DNA of 64,000 nucleotides from Octopus bimaculoides (lineage: Eukaryota). Where the stretch lies: NCBI RefSeq assembly GCF_001194135.2, contig NC_068981.1:40778965-40842964 (forward strand), given 5' to 3'. Positions 1 through 12,900 of this stretch are shown here, in pieces; within the stretch, counting starts at the first letter, position 1; every line of letters starts with the position of its first letter. A program made the position numbers and the translations under genes. A model generated the notes under the pieces. It worked only from the letters and a program-made list of their open reading frames with translations. It had not been told where the DNA came from and ran no database searches.

Positions 1-568
1 GATATGTCTATCCTTCTGGATAGTTATAAAAGCAAGAACCCCAAGCAAAGATCAGTTAGTCACTTGGTGACGACTGAGTTAGTCGGCTCGTGACAGCTCA
101 ATCAGTTAGTTAATGAATGACAAACTCGAGTCAGAGACAGCTACCATCAGGTAGGGAGCAGAACGCTAGAATCATGATCCGAAGCAAAGTAGCTACTAAA
201 GACTTGTCAAATGGAGAATTGAAATTTACTGTCAGCAGCTATGAGACCCAACTTCCCACACTCTCTCACTTTCACTAACTCACTTTGTCTTCTCTGCACA
301 TTACCATATCTCTCTCTATGGTTTACTACTACAATACAAGCACACAGGCCGAAATTAACTTTTTTACTTCACACACTCTAGAATTTTATCACCTCCCCAT
401 TGAGGCAAGGTATATTCAATGTAGCGGTAAATAAATATTTTCTTCACAACTTCAATCACTGTTCTTTCATCTTTATATAATAGCAATCAATGGAGAACTA
501 ATCCTTACAAACAGATTACATCTATCCTGCTGTGTATCAACTATCGTTTATCATATTATTGCTTACTA

Positions 569-809
569 GGCAGCGAGCTGGCAGAAACGTTAGCATGCCG
601 GGCGAAATGCTTAGCGGTATTTCGTCTGCCGCTACGTTCTGAGTTCAAATTCCGCCGAGGTCAACTTTGCCTATCATCCTTTCGGGGTCGATTAAATAAG
701 TACCAGTTACTCACTGGGGTCGATATAATCGACTTAATCCGTTTGTCTGTCCTTGTTTGTCCCCTCTGTGTGTAGCCCCTTGTGGGCAGTAAAAAAAATA
801 AAAATAAAA
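569..809 (+). mobile_element. tRNA-derived SINE, family A (tail type 1), full length
   Basis: A-box-like TGGCAGAAACG, B box GTTCAAATTCC, A-rich tail; perfect 16-bp TSD ATATTATTGCTTACTA at 553-568 and 810-825. Confidence 0.9.
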
Positions 810-847
810 ATATTATTGCTTACTAATTAATTTCATCCATTACACAC

Positions 848-881
<34 letters not shown>

Positions 882-1286
882 GCACACATCAGGATTCTTT
901 CAGTTTCCATCTACCAAATCCACTCACAAGGTTTTGGATGGTCCAAGGCTATACTAGAAGACATTTGCCCAGGGTCAGTAATGTTACTATGCCTAGAAAA
1001 AGAATATTTACATAAAATTCGTTATCAGTAACAGAAGCAGTAGTATTCCAAGGTACCATTCTGTACATCTTTTTAGCTCTACATGTCTATGTGAGAAGCT
1101 TCTTCAAGATGAATACCGCAGTAGTGTGGGTCTTCTAAACTATATCCATGTTAAGTAAGATTTACACAAAATCCTCCACTTGACATTTTTGCCAAAAGAA
1201 TTTCATTATATAATTGAATTTTCTAACATTTCAATCCATTTTTACTTATTTTGATTCAAGTTAATGATTTCTTATTTATATTTCAG

Positions 1287-1427
1287 GGATGCTTCACATC
1301 AGATGATATCTTTGATGAGATTCTGCCACTGTGTACCAAAACAAATGAATTAATCAACAGCGTTTTTGCCAATCCTGAAATTGTAATGGGGAAATTAGTA
1401 CAAAAAATCTATCTTGGTAAACTTCAG
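1287..1427 (+). CDS. EXOC5: EXOC5 exon (GCFTSDDIFDE...YLGKLQ), phase 0/0
   Basis: tttcag|GGA...CAG|gtaatg; 47 codons, aligns to human GAYLRNDIFED...KLQ. Confidence 0.93.
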
Positions 1428-2636
1428 GTAATGTAAATAATCTCCTTAATATATAAAGCAGCTACATTTTTATTATATCGTCATAATCATTTTCATTTTT
1501 TGTTCACTCTCCATGCTGGAATGGGTTGGACTTTTGTCATGCCTGTACCAGCAAAAGAAAAACATGTAAAATGATGCAGACATTAAATGCTAGCATGGAA
1601 AGCGGACGGTAAATGATGATCATGATGATGTGTATGTATCATCATCATCATTTAACGTCCATTGTCCATGCTGGCATGGGCTGGACAGTATGACCGGGCT
1701 GGCATGCTGAAAAGCTGCACCAGACCCCATTCTGATTTGGCATAGTTTTCTACGGCTGGATGCCCTTCCTAACTCCAACCACTCCGAGAGTGTAATGAGT
1801 GCTTTTACATGCTACCGGCACTGGTGCCATTTGCATGACACCAGTATCTACCATGACTTCAATTTTGCTCAACTAAATGGGTCTTCTTCTCAAGCACAAC
1901 ATAAGGCCAAATGTCTTGGTCATTGCCTCTGTGAGGCCCAACACTCGAAAGAAACTCAGCCAGAATATACTAGAATCAATTTAATCTTTTTCATAAAAAG
2001 ATTGGCTACATACTTACTCAAGAGAAATCAATAATATATTTCATGCTTATTCTAGAACAATTGAGAGATGATGTACTTGGCTATTATCAAAAAACTTTTC
2101 AAAAACACACTTAAGATTTTAAAAATTACAACTTAAAAACAAAATTTCTTGTAGGTTATCTTTTTAATTAACTATATTTTTGTTAACTTTCCAGGAAACT
2201 ATTTCTAAAAAGTTGGACAGCCAGACTGACCCTGAGCAGTATTTAACTAATTTATATGATCTTTATACAAGGTAATCTTATTCATTATTTTACCCTTCTT
2301 TTCTTCAAAATAATAATTTTCTGGGCTTAATTTTTGGTATATTTATATCCACACTTTATTTTGATTGATTTCATCTCCACTCATCATCTTTGAATGTATA
2401 TATAACCACTGTTTTGATTTGATCTGGTAACCTTTATTTTTGAAATAAATGTAATAATGTTATTCTACATTATAAACATTGAATTGAAACCCAAAAGAAA
2501 CCCAGCTAACTGACAGGGCACAAATTATATATCTAATCTTTTTAGGGCAACAACATTACATTAGAGAACATCTACCATTCTGTATCAAATTTTATTTTAT
2601 AATTTATTTTTGCTTTTTTAACTGTACTTTCAGTAA

Positions 2637-2723
<87 letters not shown>

Positions 2724-5700
2724 TTCATTAAAAACATAGTTAATTCCTATGAATAATAATATTTTCATTGACTAAGCTGACGAAACTATATGTAACTACC
2801 TGTCAACAAATCGCAAGGGCATCTATTTACAATTAGTGTTTAAAAGGTCAACTCTTGATGCCAAGCACTGATAGCGTGAAAAACACATTCTTTTTAGTTT
2901 TAAACGAAAGCTAGTACTGTTTATAAAAAAGATACTTCCAGCAATAATTAGTATGTAACACAAAGTGGATAACTAATTTTCACTTAGTTATAAGGAAGCT
3001 GCTGTAAAGCAAATCTTATACCAAAAGTTCTGTGTATCTGAATAAAACAATTTTTCTACTACTCTTATTTTTGCTATTTTAAATTGATTCTTTTGTTTGT
3101 TATTTTTCAGGACAGCTAAGTTATCAAATGACCTATCCAAGTTCAAATTGAGTAATGACAGTTCTTTTCTAAATAAACAGAAAAAAAGTATTTTTCACAA
3201 ACATCTTGAAGCATATATAAGGTAAGGCTTTAGAATTATTATTTAGTTCTCTCTATTTATCCTTCCCTACCATTATTATTATTATTGTTGAATTAGATGA
3301 TATGCTAATCATAGTTGGGGTTTCTAATGTTATTGCCTCATGATTTTAATATTTATTTTCCCATGGGTTGGTTGGGTCTGCAGCACAACATATCATTAGA
3401 GTTAATCCATCACTCAGTTTAACAGCACTTCCTGGTCATGGATTCTTCTCTGTCGCAAGCATTTGGGGCTAGCATTCTGCTTTAAGTACAACTTCCTCCT
3501 CTCTTCTCACCATTTTCAAAGACCCTGGAAAGATCATAAGCTCAGCCCTTTCTCTTGTAACTAGGTCATAAAAATTATTTTTTAAATCCTGCATCATTAT
3601 CTCATTGGGTTCATACATCCTGAGATCTGTTTCACCATTTCCAGCGTTTTCCTCAGTTTTTAGATAATTGTTTAAACTAAATATTCAAACATAAATATAA
3701 CTTCACAATACACAAGATCAAATTGATGTAATGATTTTTTTATTTTTATTTTAGCCATGAAATTAAATTTCTGCATGAACGCAGTTCATTATTATTGCAA
3801 AGATATTATAATAGTAAAAACCATCAAAAAAAGAAAATTCAGTCTGGTGGGTAAGTTTTCCATTAATTGTTACAGGATTTTATCTAAGTTTACATTTGTC
3901 CTTGTATAGACTGTGCAGCTTTCTTTCCATTGATTTCTAACACTGGTACAAAGCAAGAAGTTTTGGGAGAGTTTTGGGAAGTATCTTTTTTATAACTGAT
4001 ACTTATTTGTTGGTCCCCACAAGGATGAAAGGTAAGGTCAGCCTTGGTATGATTTGAGCTAAACAAAGGAATGTAACTAAATGTCACAAGGCATTTAACC
4101 CAACTCATCACTGCTTGTGCTTTTGTTTATTAGATAGTCTGAGAAGAGAAGTGATCATTGCTTTATCAATTCCTCAAAGACTAAAAGAGGAGTAAGAAAC
4201 TGAGATTAACACTATTAGTATTTAGTGCCCTCAATTGGCACTCATCTTTTTCTTGCTTATTATGCACAGAAAGAGCATAAATGTGAAAATACACCCTCCC
4301 AGATGTGTGAGCAGTTCTCACTCTTATAGAAACATCCTTATGTTCTGAAGAGGATTCCTGAAACTTCATCATTATTATCGCTCTTGGGACACTGAAGTTT
4401 GAATCAAGCATGTTGTGGTACTTCAACCACTCATCAGTAGGTTGCAATGAAATTTTAAAAAGAAATATGCATTACACAAATACATATTATGGAGGCATTG
4501 TTTTACAGCCAAATGCCCTTCCTTTCTTGTCACTAACTCATTCCTGTTTTTCAAGTAACAGAGCTTTCACTCTTCTTTGAAAGTAGAGATACCAGATGAT
4601 TTGTTGTTAACAACTAACTTTCAAAAAACGCCAACTATAGCTCAGCAGTTTTCCATGCAGGGCACAGAATGCAAAGATTCACACTTAGCAAACACACGCA
4701 GACACATATATATATATATATATACAAATGGCTTTGTAAAGTTTCCATCTATCAAAGGCATTGATTGACCCTGGGATAGTGTAGAAAACACTTTGAACTG
4801 CTTAAATACACTGCCATGCCTGCCCCTTCAAGTATATGTGTTTGTCTTTGTGTGTATGCATGCCCACACACACACATACACACTCACTCACTCACTCACT
4901 CACTCCACAAAAACAAAATATACTCAGGAAAGATGTGGTTAACAACCAGATTTCTTTCTTTTTTTTTTTTTTTTGCATTTGCCTGTAAATATAGACATTT
5001 GTTTTGTAGTAAATATATTTTTAGCATCAATTGTGATGTTGCTCTATTTTTCCCTTCTAGCTTCCGGAGAGAATTTCAGGCTGTGATTAATACTGTAAAT
5101 ATCAATATTGGGCCAACCATTGAAAATTACGGAGGTGAAATATTTCTCTCACAAGAATTAGCAATGAATATTTTACAGGAAACAAAGTTAGCTTTTAAGC
5201 GCTGCAAAGTTGTAAGTACATTTTTACATTAATTAATTTTGATTTATCTTTTACTAGTTTCATTCATTAGACTGCAACCATGCAGGGACACCACCTTGAA
5301 GAATTTTAGTCAGGCAAATCAACTTTAGTACTTATTTCTTTTTTGAAGCCTTGCTACTAATTCTGTTGATCTCTTTTGCTAAACATCTTGGTTACGGTGA
5401 CATAAACACACTGACACCAGCTGTCAAGTGTTGGTGAGGGACATACAGACACAAAGGGAGAAGGCAGTCGATGGTGTGTATTTTGGAGAGATTAGAACGA
5501 ATGGTGGCGTGCATAAGGTGGTAGGATGTAGTACAGAGTATGGGTAGGATGGTTGAAGCAGAGTGGAGAGTGGGGTGGAAATGGAGGCAGAAACTTCTAG
5601 GGATGAGGAGGTGATGAAGGTAGCAACTGAGAAAGGAAAGGTGACTGCAGAAGCATGTTGTTTTGAAAATTAGTAGGGAAAGGTTAATAGAAGGTTGAAA

Positions 5701-6876
5701 GCAGTGGAAAGGTTTTTTTTAGTTGGAGGAGGAAAGGTTTGTAATCGGGTATGATTGAAAAACGAGAAAAGAGAGAAAGGAGAAAAAAAAGAAAAAAGAG
5801 TGGGGAGAGAGAAAGGCAATAAAGACGTGATGAGGAAAAATTCAAAAGGCATGAGGAGAAAAAATGCAAATGGCGTCAGGAGAAAAAAATACAAGAGGTG
5901 GGAGAAGAAAAAAAAGGAGAGAAAGAAGGAAGAAGAGAAGACAAAAGGGAAAAAGAAAGGGAGGGAGAGAGAGGCAAGGTAACAAGTGCAGATTGAGAGA
6001 AACGACAATAGGAAAAAGCAGAAAGTACAAAAAAGTTTAGAAAAGTTCAAAAGGTTCAAACGTCATGGTGTATTGGAGTGATTTCCCATCAAAGGAAGAC
6101 TCCAGTGTAATCCATGGGTAGGAGAGGTGCAGCTGAAATGTAGGAGTCCAGGTGTAGGAGAGTAGAAGAGAATCCAGGTAGAATAGTCTAAGAAAAGTTC
6201 GAAGTGGAGGTGGAGACAGGATAAAACTGGTGCGACCACAACCACATATCCTCCTTCCAGATTCCAGAAAGACAATTCATCACATCCTTGGCCAGTCACG
6301 TGTGGCGCCTCAAAGATGAAGGGACCCCATATGTTATCAAGTGAAGAACCTTAGAGCAGCTGGAGCCCTACATAAATCCCTTGTTTCCCCTCTTTTGACA
6401 CACAAAAAAAAAAAGATTGTCTAAGGGTGATAACCTGTCCTCACTAACCCCGGACTATTTATTCTTTGATGATTAACTGGCCAAATGACTGTAATGGATA
6501 CCTGCCTCCCAGAGGTTGAGAGTTGCATTTGTCTTCAGCTTTAGAGTCTGATGAGACGTTCATGAGGCTAAAGCCTTTGTGGATACAAACCTATTGGTCA
6601 CTCTGTGACTGGACATAGAATTACTTATAAATATATATATGTATATATATGGGAGAATTTACGAAAAAAAATAACAGCAGACGAGGACAGGTGGTGTAAA
6701 CAACAAAAAGATGTATTAGTTTAACATATAAATATTCATCTTTGGCAAGCAGTATTTTTATTCTTCTTTTATTCAAATATTTAATATTATACCTATTAAG
6801 GTAGAAGTCTTGCTAACCACCTCATTATTACTGTTTTTAACAGTAATAATGCTTTCATATAGTTGCTTTTTTATAT

Positions 6877-6918
<42 letters not shown>

Positions 6919-9900
6919 TTGGAATACTTACAAGAATTGTTGGATCAATTATCAGTTAGGAGTAGATTTTAGTTTTCTGCTAGTTTCAACTGATGCAAGT
7001 TATGCCCTTCTCCAATTCATTGTTATTGTTGTTATTGTTCCCAGTCAGTCCTAATTGAGTAATTCTGCAAAGAAAGGTATCCCAGCCTTGACCATTCCAA
7101 TTTTTATTCAGTCATACGATATCTAATAGTACATTATCCAATGTGCTCTTCCTTTTTTAAGACAGTGTAATTGTCGAAAGATTTGGCTACTGTTTTCTTG
7201 CAGATCAAGTAATGCATAAAGATTCCCTTATTGCATTATTCCCAACTTGGTAGTATTTTAAGATATGTAAGTGTTGGGTTGGACCCTTGTCTGCTCATAC
7301 TCCAAAAGTCAGTTTTTCTCTTTAAAATTTTATTTTTGCATATTGTTTTGTTGTTTATTTATGTGTGCATGTGCGTAAGGGAATATGCTTATGTTTCATA
7401 ATGTTGATATATTTACTTTCAGATTTCCAGTGCATCAGACCTACCTTCAAATGCTGTCAAAATTCTAGAAACACTCATCCAATATCTTGTAATGGAACAT
7501 ATAGATTATGCAGTTGAATTAGGTCTACAAGGTAATGTTTTAAAGAAATTTCACCTAAAGGAAATTTTAAAGGAATTTCACTTACAAGAAATCATAACAC
7601 AAACAGATTCCATGTGATAAATTCTAAAAACTCATCAGTAGTAAAATCGTTTACATTATATAATTCCAGAAACTTTGTTACACCTTCATTTATTAAGACA
7701 GGTAGATACAGAAAATAATCTTTTCTACTCTAGGCACAAGGCCCAAAATTTTGGCGGGGTGGTGGATAGTTGAGTAGATTGATCCCAGTACACAACTGGT
7801 ACTTAATTTAACTTAATTTATTCACCCCAAAAGAATGAAAGGCTAAGTCAACCTTGGCGGAATTTGAACTCAGAACGTAAAGACAGATGAAATACCGCTA
7901 AGCATTCGCCTGTCATGTTAACGTTTCTTATTTCTTTATTGCCCACAAGGGGCTAAACATAGAGGGGACAAACAAGGACAGACAAAGGGATTAAGTTGAT
8001 TATGTTGACTCCAGTGCGTAACTGGTACTTAATTTATCAACCCCAAAAGGATGAAAGGCAAAGTTGACCTCGGCGGAATTTGAATTCAGAACGTAGCAGC
8101 AGACAAAATACTGCTAAGCATTCGCCTGGCATGCTAACATTTCTGCCAGCTCACCACCTTAGTTACAGAAAATAATAAAGAAAGAAAGCGTAAGGAATCA
8201 TACAGCAGAAAAGCAACATTTTTCTTATCTCCTTGAAAAAAAAAATTAGTATCTAAGATGGCCAAATGCTAAGTATAAATTTGTTAACTATCTCATCATC
8301 ATCATCATTGTCGCGGACGTTAAACAACAACGATGATGATGATGAGATAGTTAACGAATTAATATATTTCTTTTGGTGTTCTTCACTCTTTCTTTATAAA
8401 TTTTTTTCATTTACACCTGTTATTTATCAGTCTGTCTGTCCATCCATTCTTTGACTTGTATGTTGTCATAAACACAGGCATGGCTGTGTAGTAAAGAAGC
8501 TTACTTTGCAACCAGATGGTTTTGGGTTCAGTTCCATTGTGCAGCACCTTGAGCAAGTGTCATCTAATATTGCACCAAGCCAACCAATACCTTGTGAGCA
8601 AATTTGGTAGATGGAAACTGTGTGGAATTCCATCATATATATATATATGAACCTGGTGCAGCCCCTGGCCTTATCAGCCCTCATCAAACCATCCAACCCA
8701 TGCCAACATGGAAAACAGACATTAAATGATGATGATGGTATCATCATCATCCTTTAACATCTGTTTTCCATGCTGGAATGGGTTGGACAGTTTGACCAGA
8801 GCTGGCAAATTGGGAAGCTACACCAGATTTTTGTCTGATTTGGCTGGATGCCCTTCCTAATGCCAACCACTTTACAGTGTGTGCTGTGTGGTTTTTAGCA
8901 TGCCACTGGCACAAGTACTTTTTACTTGAATGTGTGTTTTTCTTTTGTCTCCCTCCCACCACTTAACAGGTGTTGGTTTGTTTAGCAAAAGAGACCAATA
9001 AAATATGTACCACACTTAAAAAAAACATAACTACTAGGATCAATTTGTTCTATTAAATCTTTTAAGGCTGTGCTCCAGTATGGCCACAGTCCAATGACTG
9101 AAACAAATAAAAGATATAAGTTCACATTAAGGCTTAACAACTTTGTGTTATTCTGTATTTTTCTAGCTAGAATTTTACATCCATCATTCACTGTTTTTAT
9201 TCTCCCATTTCTATTATCTCATCTGACATTACATACAAAGTAGCCTAAATTTGTACTTAACCATTTTGGTAAGTACCATAGAATGGTAGTTGGTGACACA
9301 GAGCTTGAGTATGCTACCGAGTTTAAATTTCCAGGTGGAATTCATTTGCCTCAGGCCTAAACATGCCACTGTCTGGTCTTTAAATTTTTTGTAAATTCAC
9401 ATTATTATGAGCAAGTGTGACTATATGGCTGAGAAGTTTGCTTCCCAACCACATGTGTTTGGGTTCAGTTTTACTGCATGACACCATAGGCAAGCGTCTC
9501 CTATTATTGCTCCAAGCCAATCAATGCCTTGTGAGTAGATTTGGTTCACAGAAGCTAAAAGAAGCTCCTCATGCATGTGTGTGTATATAATTGTGTGTGT
9601 GTGTGTCCTTGTCTTGATAGTGCATAGCAGTTATAAATGATTGTCACTATCATACAAGTAGTGTCATTCATTTCCAATATTCTGTAAAAATGTGTCTGAT
9701 CATGGGAAAATATTAATCTTGCTTGGTGACAGGAAAGTCATCAGACTGTAGAAAATTTGCTATAGTAAACTCTGTCCAAACCTTGCAGGCATAGAAAAAT
9801 GTATGTTGAAATAATAATAATGATAATGATGATGATGATGCTGTTGCTGCCTCCCTCTTCTTCCTCCTCCTCTTCTTCATTTTTACCTACAGACATTGAC

Positions 9901-12900
9901 TTGCTACTGTTCATGCTGCATATCAACCATAATACCATCAATCTGTGATGGCTTGCAAAGATTATAATGTATCCAAAAACTTTCCAGTGTCTTAGATGAA
10001 AGCATGAACATTGCAACTTCCTATTTACTTCCCTCTGAAACATTTCAAGTTTTGCCTGTAAATTAGTTTAGGATCAAAAGCTTAAGAATTTTTTTTTTTT
10101 TTTTTTTAACTTATTGTTCTAATAGGTCAGTGGATTACAGAATGTTACATTTTTTTCTGCCATTTGTACTGACAGCACTAAATGTAATCAGTAACATTAT
10201 TATTTCCTGAACTATTCAAAGTAACACTTTCAATAAATAATATACCCAGTCATATTCTTATTCGCATCACACCACATTCATTAAATACATTCATTTAATC
10301 AGAATCCTTAACCTAGAGACGCTATAGGTGCATGGCAAGAGTACATTCGTTCATTAATAATTTTCTATTACAGCTATTCCATTGGCTGATGCAAGGACCC
10401 TTCCTGAGATATATTTCTTCGATGTCACTGGTCAGGCAAACACTCTTTTCCATCTTTTTGAAAAGCAATTTATGGACAGTTTAGTACCATTGGTTCTGTA
10501 AGTATTAATCAAATATAACTGAACCTTTCTTATGAATTGTATTTTATTGTATTTTACAAATAATATCCAGGTTCATTAAGTAACTTCTCATATTTTTTAA
10601 GTATTAGTTTTAAAATCTTTGGCTATATTTTGTTTAATTAAATTAACATATAAAAAAGCTATAAGTTTTTGCCCATTTATCAGTATGATTTCCCTTTAGT
10701 CATAACTAAATGATAGAACAGTTACTGTTATGTTCTAACTGAGTACACCATGTCATGTACTCACAAGCAGAATCTAATGGTTTATTGCTGAGACTGTCTT
10801 ACATTTAACCACTACATATTAGAATATGAAGCATGATTGTCAACTAAAGAGATGCATAGTATATTTGTAGATTGCACTGACTAGTCAACTACCCATTTTC
10901 GATAGGTTTAGTCTGTCAAAGCTGATCTGCAATTACACAGTATCACTGGTAACAGTAACTAGCTAATAAGGGCAATTCTATGTAGTTGTTTAATATGCAA
11001 CCACATAGAGCCTATTATTGCATTAATAGTATGGTGGAGTTAACAATTATAGTAGATCGTTTCACTTTGCTTTGCATCACTCTGAGTTGATAAAACAATA
11101 TCAGTAGGCACAGACATGGCTGTGTGGTTAAGAAACTCACTTTGCAAAGTGATTTCTTCTATAGCCCAGGGCAAACCAATGACTTTTGAATAAATTTCAT
11201 AGATGGAGACTGTGTAGAAGTTCATCCTATATATTGATGTGTAAGTGTTTTTGTGTCTACGTTTGTTTCCCTATCATTACTTGGCAATTATTGTTCGTTT
11301 GTTTACATCCCTATAATTTAGTGGTTTGACAAAAGAGACCGATATATTATGCACCAGACTTTACTGAGGGTCAGTTTGACTAAAGCCTTTCAAGGTGGTG
11401 TACCAACACCAAAGTACTAATACATGCTAACCTCCCCAGCATCCATACCATCTTGATGCAGTCTCAGCTTTGCTAGGCAGGGCACGTAGCTCGCATGTCA
11501 GACGATCGATTACCAAAAAGATTGCTCTTTGGCGAGCTGCAAAAAAGGGAAAGTGCTCACAAGGCAGCCAGAAGAAGCGCTTTAAGGACACACTGAAAAC
11601 CTCACTAAAAGCCTTCAACATTGACCATGCAACTTGGGAGCAGTCTGCTCTAGACAGAGAAAGGTGGCGATCAGCTATCCACAAGGGTGCCAATACATGC
11701 GTGACAAATAGGACCGCTGCTGCAGAAGACCACAGACAAGCCAGGAAGAACAGAGCTAACAAACCTGTAGCAGGCAATACCATTCCCTGTCCACACTGTC
11801 AAAGACTCTTTCAGGCGCAGATTGGCCTCACTAGCCCACCTCCACTCCAGGATGACTAGATGGTCTTCATCGCATCAATGGACAAACTACCAACATTGCC
11901 ACAGTCCAATAACTGAAACAAGTAAAAAATTAAAGATAAAAGTGTTCTAGATTCCAATTGAGTATAGCCTTCCCAACAAGTTTCCACACTTTCATTTGTA
12001 TCCTACAGAGCAGTATTGCTATTATTGAGGCAGTGGATCAATTAAAGTAATGAAGTGCAAGGCTACCATATTTACTTGTGTATAAGTCACACTTCTAATT
12101 TAGTGTTAAATCTTGATAAAAAAATTTTCACTTTATAGGTTTAGCTTTTGCCCCATGTATAAGTCATTTCCCAGCTTTTTTCATTTAATATCAAGTATAA
12201 AATAGGGTGACAAGTAAATATGGTCATTGCTAACAGATTGAACTACTATTTGTACTCAAATCTTATGAGGATCAAGTTTATCTGTTAATTCTTCTCCAGG
12301 TCTCAGTTGGTTTATGGAGTGGCAGAACTGTTATAATAGACAAAATGTTTTATATTCTGTATTTAAATCCCATTGAAGTCAGCTTTATCTTTCATCCCTT
12401 CTCATTCAGTGAAATAAGTACCAGTCAAATACTGGGGTTGAGTATATTGACAAACCCCAGACTCCCCTCAAAATTGCTGGTCTCATGTGTATAATTTTTT
12501 TGTATAGTAAATTCTAATGACTGAGTTTTTTTCTGAAAATTCATGTCTTTTACTAATATAGGAATTTGTTAATATTTGAATATTTTACAGCTCTTCACCT
12601 AAGCATAGTACTTGTTTACAAAGGAAAAGGGAACTTCGTGATCAGCTAGAAACTAAAATTGATCTTGGTTTAGACAGGTAAATACATTTTACAGTACTAA
12701 TAATGTGACAAAAATTACTGCTGTGTAAATATATATTGTTGCTATTATGCAAAAGTATCGGAAGTCCAAAACGTTGCTTTTTCAGAAAACGTAAAAATAG
12801 TTTCACCATTCCATTTTCCTTTTACACTAGCAACAGTTTCAACCTAACAATAATACTTTGTTGGATGCATAAGTCATAACTCCATGCATGTATGATACTT

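Noticed and set aside
1-500. Relatively GC/CpG-rich segment with short AGTTAGT repeats, a possible promoter or LTR
   Set aside because: Lies inside an EXOC5 intron; no TIR, TSD, PBS or ORF recognisable. Probably an unclassified repeat remnant.
4816-5232. 138-aa ORF as a standalone gene (similarly 14862, 17089, 24862, 38480)
   Set aside because: Intron read-through around true EXOC5/UROC1 exons; only the spliced portions are homologous
5670-6059. 129-aa hydrophobic F/L/S-rich minus ORF and K/E/R-rich plus ORF 5755..5982
   Set aside because: Translations of a low-complexity purine-rich tract within a retroelement remnant; no splice or homology support
6540-6590. CTGATGAGAC...GGCTAAAGCC as a hammerhead; also the minus-strand CTGATGAGTGG/CCAC at about 4410-4440 and CTGAAGAGGATTCCTGAAAC at 4345
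   Set aside because: GAAA is missing or stem II/stem I cannot form; too many changes are needed to call them
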